Below the pieces are notes generated by a model. The model ran no database searches and had not been told where the DNA came from. It saw only the letters and a program-made list of their open reading frames with translations. Made by a program: the position numbers and the translations under genes. A stretch of DNA of 32,000 nt from positions 78,099 through 110,098 of the forward strand of contig NZ_JAHNZT010000030.1 in NCBI RefSeq assembly GCF_019039035.1, written 5' to 3'. Shown here one piece after another: positions 9,441 to 16,235 of the stretch (the stretch's first letter is position 1; every line of letters begins with the position of its first letter). The DNA is from Citreicoccus inhibens. GTDB lineage: Bacteria > Myxococcota > Myxococcia > Myxococcales > Myxococcaceae.

Positions 9441-9878
9441 CTACTGCGCGACGGAGAGCTTCACCTCGATGTTGCCCGCCGTGGCGCGCGAGTACGGGCA
9501 CACCGCGTGCGCCGCGTGCATGAGCTGGGTGGCCTCCTCCAGGGGGATGCCCGGCAGGATGCCCTTGAGCTCCACCGCGAGCCCGAAGCCGCCGTCCGGC
9601 GTCTTGCCCAGCGTGGCCGAGGCCGTGATGCCCGCGTCCGCGCCCAGGCGCTTGCCGGCCTTGCCCGCCACCAGCCGCAGCGCGCTCTCGAAGCACGCCG
9701 AGTAGCCCGCCGCGAAGAGCTGCTCGGGGTTCGTCACCGCGCCGCCCTTGCCACCCAGCTCCTTGGGCATGGCGAGCGGCAGGTCGAGGACGCCGTCGGA
9801 CGAGCGGACGTGGCCGTCTCGACCTCCGTGCGTGGTGGCGGTGGCGGTGTACAGCGGGGTGATGGGGGTGGGAGCCAT
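9441..9878 (-). CDS. ohr: Organic hydroperoxide resistance protein (OsmC/Ohr family peroxiredoxin)
   Basis: 145 aa with both catalytic Cys contexts, AAGYSACFESA and HAVCPYSRAT. GAGGAG SD upstream of the ATG at 9878. Confidence 0.95.
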   Translation of the reverse strand: MAPTPITPLYTATATTHGGRDGHVRSSDGVLDLPLAMPKELGGKGGAVTNPEQLFAAGYSACFESALRLVAGKAGKRLGADAGITASATLGKTPDGGFGLAVELKGILPGIPLEEATQLMHAAHAVCPYSRATAGNIEVKLSVAQ

Positions 9879-9904
9879 GGTGTTTCTCCTCGTCGTGAAT
9901 GGGA

Positions 9905-10339
9905 TTACTTCGAGAGCACTTCGAACAAGCGACGCATGTCCCGGCGCAGCCGGGTGACCTCTTCCAAAGACATCCCCAGGCGGCAGGACATCGCCTCGGG
10001 CACGGACGCGGCCTTGCGCTTCAGGGCGCGCCCCGACGTCGTCAGCGACACGCGCACCGAGCGCGCGTCCTCGGTGGACCGCTCGCGCCGCACCCACCCC
10101 TGGGTCTCCAGCCGCTTGAGCAGCGGCGTCAGCGTCCCCGAATCCAGGAACAGCCGCTCCCCCAGCACCTTCACCGACACCCCGTCCTCCTCCCACAGCA
10201 CCAGCATCACCAGGTACTGCGGATAGGTCAGCCCCAGCTTCTCCAGGAGCGGCGCGTAGGCCTGCACCATCGCGCGCGCCGCCGCATAGAGCGGAAAGCA
10301 GAGCTGGCGGTCCAGCCGGAGCGAGTCATCCGTCGACAT
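9905..10339 (-). CDS. ohrR: MarR-family organic hydroperoxide sensor/repressor OhrR (2-Cys type)
   Basis: Sensing Cys in RQLCFPLYAA, and wHTH LTYPQYLVMLVLWEEDGVSVKVLGERLFLDSGTLTPLLKRLETQGWV. A second Cys lies near the C-terminus (AMSCRLG). ATG at 10339 (the ORF-track start at 10345 is TTG). The gene sits 26 nt upstream of ohr on the same strand. Confidence 0.9.
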   Translation of the reverse strand: MSTDDSLRLDRQLCFPLYAAARAMVQAYAPLLEKLGLTYPQYLVMLVLWEEDGVSVKVLGERLFLDSGTLTPLLKRLETQGWVRRERSTEDARSVRVSLTTSGRALKRKAASVPEAMSCRLGMSLEEVTRLRRDMRRLFEVLSK

Positions 10340-10353
10340 GGCCAATACCTAGT

Positions 10354-10370
10354 GCGCAATTAAATTGTGC
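10354..10370. promoter_or_regulatory. Candidate OhrR operator (AT-rich inverted repeat)
   Basis: GCGCAATT-A-AATTGTGC has a perfect CAATT-N-AATTG core, resembling known OhrR boxes. The octamer TGCGCAAT recurs 16 nt downstream (10353-10360 and 10369-10376). The site lies 15 nt upstream of the ohrR ATG, in the only AT-rich patch of the region. Confidence 0.6.
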
Positions 10371-10478
10371 GCAATCAATTTTGGGACTGGACCGTTCGGT
10401 TCTGGACGTTCACCGGGGAAAAGGCGCGTGGTAGAGGTCGCCCCGCTCCGGAGCCGCCGGAGGAGAACCGAGGACGTG

Positions 10479-11261
10479 ATGCTGAGGACGGTCACCGCCA
10501 CCCGCTATGTGACGCCGCTGCGCGAAGGGGGCTCGCTGCCCGCCATCGTGGAAGCGGACGACGCGGGCTTGTACGTCGTGAAGTTCCGGGGCGCCGGCCA
10601 GGGGGCCAAGGCCCTCATCGCCGAGCTGCTGTCGGGCGAGCTGGCGCGCGCCATGGGGCTGCGCATCCCGGAGCTCGTCTTCCTGGAGCTGGACCCGGCC
10701 CTGGGGCGCAACGAGCCGGACGGCGAGATTCGCGAGCTGCTCAAGGCCAGCGCGGGGCTCAACCTGGCCCTGGACTATCTGCCGGGCTCGCTGACGTTCG
10801 ACCCGGTGGCGGACCGCGCGCCCGAGGCCGCGCTCGCGTCCACCATCGTCGCCTTCGATGCGTACGTCACCAACGTGGACCGCACGCCGAAGAACCCCAA
10901 CCTCCTGACGTGGCACCGGGACCTGTGGCTCATCGACCACGGCGCCTCGCTGTATTTCCACCACGCGTGGGAGGGCTGGGAGGAGCGCAGCCAGAGCCGC
11001 TTCGCGCCCATCCGCGACCACGTGCTGCTGCCCTGGGCGCGCGCGCTGCCAGAAGTGGGCGCCGTGCTGCGCGAGCGGCTGACGCGGAACGTGGTGGAGG
11101 CGGCCGTGGCCGCCATTCCGGAGACCTGGCTGGGCACCGAGCCCTGCTTCGACAGCCGGGATGCCCACCGCGCGGCCTATGTCACGTGGTTCATGAAGCG
11201 GCTGGACGCGGCACCCGCGTTTCTCGAGGAGGCGGCGCGTGCCCACACCCAGCTCGTTTGA
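10479..11261 (+). CDS. HipA-like (HipA_2 type) serine/threonine kinase-fold protein
   Basis: 260 aa. Candidate ATP-binding Lys in YVVKFRGAGQG. Catalytic loop TNVDRTPKNPNLL (D134, K138, N139; the GAC codon for D134 is at 10878-10880). Mg-binding LWLIDHGAS (D153). GAGGA lies about 5 nt upstream of the ATG at 10479. Confidence 0.85.
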   Translation: MLRTVTATRYVTPLREGGSLPAIVEADDAGLYVVKFRGAGQGAKALIAELLSGELARAMGLRIPELVFLELDPALGRNEPDGEIRELLKASAGLNLALDYLPGSLTFDPVADRAPEAALASTIVAFDAYVTNVDRTPKNPNLLTWHRDLWLIDHGASLYFHHAWEGWEERSQSRFAPIRDHVLLPWARALPEVGAVLRERLTRNVVEAAVAAIPETWLGTEPCFDSRDAHRAAYVTWFMKRLDAAPAFLEEAARAHTQLV

Positions 11262-11637
11262 CTACGCCATCATCCGCGTGGTGCCTCGCGTGGAGCGCGA
11301 GGAGTTCATCAACGCGGGCGTCGTCCTCTTCTGCGTCAACCACCGCTACCTGGGGGCGCGCACGGCGCTGGACGAGGACCGGCTGCGGGCCCTGGCCCCG
11401 GACGCGGACGTGGAGGCCATCCGAGGCCACCTGGAGAGCTTCCTGCGGGTGTCCACCGGGGGGCGGAACGCGGGCCCCATTGGGCAGCTCCCGCAGAAGG
11501 AGCGCTGGCACTGGCTGGTGGCCCCGCGCAGCACCATCATCCAGACCGGGCCCGTGCACGCCGGCTTGTGTGAGACGCCCGACAAGGCCCTGGAGCACCT
11601 GCTGGACCGCGTGGTCCGCGTGAAGCGCCCCGCCTGA
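11239..11637 (+). CDS. DUF3037 domain protein
   Basis: 132 aa. N-terminal FDYAIIRVVPRVEREEFINAGVVLFC matches the DUF3037 signature. The GTG at 11239 overlaps the kinase 3' end by 23 nt, which suggests translational coupling. Confidence 0.85.
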   Translation: MPTPSSFDYAIIRVVPRVEREEFINAGVVLFCVNHRYLGARTALDEDRLRALAPDADVEAIRGHLESFLRVSTGGRNAGPIGQLPQKERWHWLVAPRSTIIQTGPVHAGLCETPDKALEHLLDRVVRVKRPA

Positions 11638-11674
11638 CGGCGGAGGCGGGGGTGATTAACTTCTCCCCGACGGC

Positions 11675-11695
11675 CTGCCGGTCCAGCGCCGGCAG
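11675..11695. other. Short GC hairpin between DUF3037 and the EEP gene
   Basis: CTGCCGG (11675-11681) and CCGGCAG (11689-11695) form a 7-bp stem with a 7-nt loop, 12 nt upstream of the EEP ATG. No U-tract. It could be a weak terminator or an mRNA structure. Confidence 0.25.
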
Positions 11696-11706
11696 CCCGC
11701 CCGCCC

Positions 11707-12681
11707 ATGAGCGAGTCCGCGCTGCGCATCGTCACGTACAACGTCCGTTACTTCGGCCACATGCTCCGCGGGTTGGCGAGCACGGTGGGCCCGAAGCGGC
11801 GGGTGTCCGCGGCGCTCGCGGCGCTGGAGCCCTTGCCGGACATCGTCTGCCTCCAGGAAGTGGAGACCTCGTCGCTGCGCAGCAACATCGCGGACCGGCC
11901 CTTGAAGCCCGGCGAGACGCAGCTCCAGGTCTTCATGCGGCGCATGGAGGAGACGTTCAGCGCCCAGCGGCGCGACATGCCCTACGAGGCGTTCTACTTC
12001 CGCGCCCACCACTACAAGCTCGGGGAGGTGTCCATCTACACCACGGGGCTGGCGGTGCTCGTCAACACGCGCACGCTCCAGGTGGACACCCACAACGTGG
12101 CCGAGCCCGCGCACATCACCCATCACCACGTCCGCGGGCTGAAGGACCGCAAGCAGAGCCGCATCTGCGCGCACATGCGCCTGTTGCGCCGCGAGGACGC
12201 GCGCCCCTTCCACGTCTTCAACACGCACCTGAGCCTGCCCACGCCCTTCGCCCGTGAGTTCTGGGCCACGCGCGACAAGATGGGCGGCGGCGTCAATCAA
12301 TTGCATGAAGCGCGCAAGCTGACCGAGTTCGTGCGCACGCATGCCCAGGCCGAGCCGTTCATCGTGTGCGGAGACTTCAACTCGCCGCCGGCCTCGCCCG
12401 TCTTCCGCTACCTCACGCAGGACGCGCGCCTCGTGTGCGCGCAGAGCCGCGTGGGACAGATAGACCCGAGCGTGTCCCGGGGCTTCCCCACCGCGGGCTT
12501 CATGCGCCTGCGCATGCACCTGGACCACCTGTTCTCCAGCGAGGACGTGCGCTGGCTGGACACCGACGACACGCGCCCCTTCGGGGACACCACCGGTCGC
12601 TTCCACGGCCTGTCCGACCATGTGCCGCTCGTCGGGCGCTTCACCTTGGAGGGCGTGGCCTCGCGCGACAGCGGGGCCTGA
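11707..12681 (+). CDS. Endonuclease/exonuclease/phosphatase (EEP) family protein
   Basis: LRIVTYNVRYF, DIVCLQEV, FNTHLS, VCGDFNS and LSDHVPL are the canonical EEP catalytic motif series (N/E, D, H). Confidence 0.9.
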   Translation: MSESALRIVTYNVRYFGHMLRGLASTVGPKRRVSAALAALEPLPDIVCLQEVETSSLRSNIADRPLKPGETQLQVFMRRMEETFSAQRRDMPYEAFYFRAHHYKLGEVSIYTTGLAVLVNTRTLQVDTHNVAEPAHITHHHVRGLKDRKQSRICAHMRLLRREDARPFHVFNTHLSLPTPFAREFWATRDKMGGGVNQLHEARKLTEFVRTHAQAEPFIVCGDFNSPPASPVFRYLTQDARLVCAQSRVGQIDPSVSRGFPTAGFMRLRMHLDHLFSSEDVRWLDTDDTRPFGDTTGRFHGLSDHVPLVGRFTLEGVASRDSGA

Positions 12682-12686
12682 GGGCC

Positions 12687-13436
12687 TCAGCCCAGCTCGC
12701 GCTCCACCTCTGCCCATGCGTCGAGAATCTCACGCGTGCGCCGCTCGGCGAGCGCGTGGAACTCGGGGGCCAGGTGCGCCACCTTGTCCGGGTGGTACTG
12801 CGCGATGAGCGCCCGGAAGGCGCGACGGGCCTCGTCCGCGGAGGTGCCTCGCGCGATGCCCAGCACCGTCCACGGGTCGACCTTCCTGGGCTCGGGGGCA
12901 GGAGGCGCGGCGCGTGGGCGAGGGCGAGGAGGGGGCGTGTCCTCGAGGTCCTCCGCCTCGGGCGCGCGCGGGGCGCGGGGCGCGGGCTCCGGGCGTCGCG
13001 CCCCCGGGCGACGGGCCGGGTCGGGTGGAGGAACGCGAGGTGAGAGGCGACTGAGGGCCTCTTGGATGAACCAGAGGTCCTCGGCGGGCGGGCCGTGCTT
13101 GCGCACCACCAGGCGGGGGCGGCCGTCCTGAAGCAGCAGGTAGCCGGTGGACGCCGCGTAGGCCGCCTTCTTGTCGTTCGGGTACAGCCGCTCTCCCAGG
13201 TCGCCCAGCGGATCCCTCCACATGCCGTCCACGCCGCCCTCGTCCGCCACGAGCACCTGGGACAGCACCTCGCCGAAGACGTCCTCGAGCGCGGCGAAGG
13301 GCTCGCGCAGCTCGGGCGAGCGCTGGGTGGGGCCATGGCGCACGCCCGTCACGAGCAGCAGCCCGCGCGTCGCATCCACCCGCCCGAAGAGCTTCTCGCG
13401 CACCTGCTTGTCGGAAAAGAAGAGGACGGACTGCAC
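12687..13436 (-). CDS. J-domain (DnaJ-like) protein with C-terminal J domain, Pro-rich linker and uncharacterised N-terminal domain
   Basis: The C-terminus DPWTVLGIARGTSADEARRAFRALIAQYHPDKV contains the HPD motif. The GTG start at 13436 is supported by a sharp GC3 switch: codons upstream to 13592 are rich in A/T at position 3, and codons downstream are almost all G/C. The rest of ORF 12687..14906 is antisense to the M1 peptidase gene. Confidence 0.8.
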   Translation of the reverse strand: MQSVLFFSDKQVREKLFGRVDATRGLLLVTGVRHGPTQRSPELREPFAALEDVFGEVLSQVLVADEGGVDGMWRDPLGDLGERLYPNDKKAAYAASTGYLLLQDGRPRLVVRKHGPPAEDLWFIQEALSRLSPRVPPPDPARRPGARRPEPAPRAPRAPEAEDLEDTPPPRPRPRAAPPAPEPRKVDPWTVLGIARGTSADEARRAFRALIAQYHPDKVAHLAPEFHALAERRTREILDAWAEVERELG

Positions 13437-13577
13437 GGCGCCCAGGGTAGTCCGAATGCACCCACCAGCGGGAGCATCCCGCGCGGCCCTGGCCCGAGGC
13501 GCCCCTTCTCCAGTGGGAGACAGTCCGTCCCAAGCGGCTCGACGCTGGCGCGGGCTTGAGAAAGAGTCCCAAGCGCC

Positions 13578-16208
13578 ATGCGCTGCTGCCATCGCCACGC
13601 TCCCGCCATCGCCTCTTCCGAGCCGCACCCCTTCAGCCTCCCCGGCGCCACCGAGCACTACGCCGCCGAGCGCCCCGTCCGCGCCGAGCACATCCGCCTG
13701 GAGCTGGACCTGGACTTCGAGGCCCGCGCGCTGACGGGCCGATGCACCACGCGCGTGAGCGCCGTGCGCGCCGTCTCCACCGTGACGTTCGACGCGGTGG
13801 ACATGGACATCACCGAGGCGCGCGTGGACGGCCGGCCCGCGCGCTTCTCCAACTCCGGCGCGCACGCGCGCGTGGAGCTGCCCGAGCCGATGGAGCCCGG
13901 TCAGGCCCGCGACATCACGCTCGCGTACCGCTGCCGGCCGCGCCGCGGGCTGTACTTCTGGGGCCCCGACGCGGGCTATCCCGAGCGCCCGCTCCAGGCC
14001 TGGACCCAGGGGCAGGACATCGACGCGCGCTGCTGGTTCCCCTGCCTGGACACGCCCGCGCAGAAGGCCACCACGGAGGTCATCGCCACGTTCCCCGCGC
14101 GGATGACGTCGCTGTCCAACGGCGTGCTCGTGCGCGACGTCACCGAGGGCGAGCGCCGCACCCAGCACTACCGCATGGAGCAGCCGCACTCGCCCTACCT
14201 CGTCACGCTGGTGGTGGGCGAGTTCGAGGAGGCGACGGACTCCGCCGGCACCGTGCCGCTGCGCTACCTGTACCCGCCCGGCCGCCGCGAGGACGCGCTG
14301 CGCTGCGTGGCGCGCACGCCCCAGATGGTGGCGCTCTATCAGCAGCTCACCGGCGAGCCCTTCCCGTGGAGCGGCTATGCGCAGGTGTTCGTCACCGAGT
14401 TCATCCTCGGCGGCATGGAGCACACCACCGCCACCACGCTGTTGGACAGCGTGCTGCACGACGCGCGCGCCCACGCGGACTACAGCGCCGAGCCGCTCAT
14501 CGCCCACGAACTGGCGCACCAGTGGTTCGGCAACCTGCTCACCTGCCGCGACTGGCCCCACGGCTGGCTCAACGAGGGCTTCGCCACCTACGTGGAGGTG
14601 CTCTGGAAAGAGCACGCCGACGGCGCCGACGAGGCGGACCAGCACCGGCTCACCGACTTGAGCGCGTACCTCACCGAGGTGCGCGAGCGCTACGCCCGGC
14701 CCATTGTCGCGCGCAAGTTCCACGCGCCCATGGACCTGTTCGACCGGCACCTCTACGAGAAGGGCGCGCTCGTGCTCCACGAGCTGCGCCGCCGCGTGGG
14801 TGACGACCTCTTCTTCCGCGCCCTGCGCCACTACGTGTCCCGCCACCGCCACGGCGTGGTGGAGACCGTGGACCTGTCGCGCGCGTTCGAGGAGGCCACC
14901 GGCCACAACCTGGATCGCGTGTTCGACCAGTACGTCTTCTCACCCGGCCACCCCGAGCTGAAGGTGGAGGTCCGATACGACGCGGAAGAGGCGCGCCTGC
15001 GGCTCAAGGTCCGCCAGACGCAGCGGACCGACGCGGGCACGCCCGTGTTCCGCTTGCCGCTGGACGTGCGCGTCACCGTGGACGGCCGCGACACGCTCCA
15101 CCGCCTGGACATCACCGACGCCGAGCACTTCTTCCACCTGCCCTGCCCCACCCCGCCCACGCAGGTGCGCGTGGATCCGCGCCGCGAGGTGCTCGGCGCC
15201 GTGGACGTGGACAAGGCCGTGGGCCTCTGGCTGGAGGAGCTGCGCGCCGCGCCCGAGGCCCGCGCCCGCACCGAGGCCGCGCACGCGCTGGGCAAGGACG
15301 GCGGCTCCCGCGCGGTGGAGGCGCTGGGCCGCGCGCTGGAGGACGACGCGCTGTTCTGGGGCACCCGCGCCGCGTGCGCGAAGGCGCTGGGCCGCATCCG
15401 CTCCCCCGAGGCGCGCGCGCGGCTGCTCGCGGGGCTCCCCGTCGCGCACCCCAAGGTGCGCCGGGCGGTGGTGGCCGCGCTGGGGGAGTTCCGGCGCGAC
15501 GTGGAGGTGGCGGGCCGCCTGCGCGCGCTGCTGGAGGCGGGCGACGCCAGCTACTTCGTGGAGGCCGAGGCCGCGCGCGGCCTGGGGCGCGTGCGCGCCG
15601 TGGACGCGGTGCCGCTGTTGGAGGCGGTGGCCGCGCGGCCGTCGTTCCAGGATGTCATCGGCTCGGGCGCGCTCGACGGGCTCGCGGAGACGCAGGACCC
15701 GTCCGCCTTCCCCGCCGCCGTCGCGCGCACGGCCTACGGCCAGCCCGCGCACATGCGACGCACGGCCGTGTTCGCGGTGGCGAAGCTGGCCCAGGTGGCC
15801 CGGCGTGAGCGCGAGGCCGTGGACCTGCTCTCGGACCTGTTGAGGGATCCGCAGTTCCGCATGCAGTGGACGGCCTGCGAAGCGGCGAAGACGCTGGGGG
15901 ACCGGCGCATGATTGCCGCGCTGGAGGGCACCTCGCTCAATGACCCGCGCACGCGCCGCGCCGCGCGAGAGGCCGTGCGGGCCTTGCGCGAGGGCGAGCC
16001 TCAGGCGCGCGAGGTGGCCTCGCTGCGCGAGGAGGTGGACAAGCTGAAGGAAGAGTCCCGTGCCCTGCGCGAGAAGCTGGAGGCGCTCGCCCTGCGCAGG
16101 CCGGAGCCCCCGCCGCCCACCTCACCGCCGCGGGGACGTGCGGCGGCGAAGCACGCGGCGAGGAAGTCCACGAGCCGGCGCGTCACCGGGCGGGGCCGAA
16201 GGAAGTAG
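13578..16208 (+). CDS. M1-family aminopeptidase (aminopeptidase N-like) fused to C-terminal HEAT repeats, a coiled coil and a basic tail
   Basis: GGMEHT is a variant of the GxMEN exopeptidase motif. Zinc site HELAH (14505-14519) followed by WLNEGFATY. C-terminal repeats AAHALGKDGGSRAVEALGRALEDD..., AACAKALGRIRSPEA... and RRAVVAALGEF are HEAT/PBS-lyase-like. The tail is EVDKLKEESRALREKLEAL followed by Lys/Arg-rich sequence. Confidence 0.9.
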   Translation: MRCCHRHAPAIASSEPHPFSLPGATEHYAAERPVRAEHIRLELDLDFEARALTGRCTTRVSAVRAVSTVTFDAVDMDITEARVDGRPARFSNSGAHARVELPEPMEPGQARDITLAYRCRPRRGLYFWGPDAGYPERPLQAWTQGQDIDARCWFPCLDTPAQKATTEVIATFPARMTSLSNGVLVRDVTEGERRTQHYRMEQPHSPYLVTLVVGEFEEATDSAGTVPLRYLYPPGRREDALRCVARTPQMVALYQQLTGEPFPWSGYAQVFVTEFILGGMEHTTATTLLDSVLHDARAHADYSAEPLIAHELAHQWFGNLLTCRDWPHGWLNEGFATYVEVLWKEHADGADEADQHRLTDLSAYLTEVRERYARPIVARKFHAPMDLFDRHLYEKGALVLHELRRRVGDDLFFRALRHYVSRHRHGVVETVDLSRAFEEATGHNLDRVFDQYVFSPGHPELKVEVRYDAEEARLRLKVRQTQRTDAGTPVFRLPLDVRVTVDGRDTLHRLDITDAEHFFHLPCPTPPTQVRVDPRREVLGAVDVDKAVGLWLEELRAAPEARARTEAAHALGKDGGSRAVEALGRALEDDALFWGTRAACAKALGRIRSPEARARLLAGLPVAHPKVRRAVVAALGEFRRDVEVAGRLRALLEAGDASYFVEAEAARGLGRVRAVDAVPLLEAVAARPSFQDVIGSGALDGLAETQDPSAFPAAVARTAYGQPAHMRRTAVFAVAKLAQVARREREAVDLLSDLLRDPQFRMQWTACEAAKTLGDRRMIAALEGTSLNDPRTRRAAREAVRALREGEPQAREVASLREEVDKLKEESRALREKLEALALRRPEPPPPTSPPRGRAAAKHAARKSTSRRVTGRGRRK

Positions 16209-16235
16209 CCCGCGCCCGAGGTCCGCGTCAGGCGA

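Noticed and set aside
10367-11623. 418-aa alternative plus frame spanning both the kinase and DUF3037 genes
   Set aside because: Arg/Pro/Gly-rich translation without motifs. The other two frames give recognisable HipA-like and DUF3037 sequences.
13437-14906. Upstream 490 codons of the 739-aa minus ORF 12687..14906
   Set aside because: This part is antisense to the M1 aminopeptidase, which has HEXXH+E and GxMEN motifs. GC3 collapses between 13437 and 13592. Only the 3' 250 codons (the J-domain protein) are credible.
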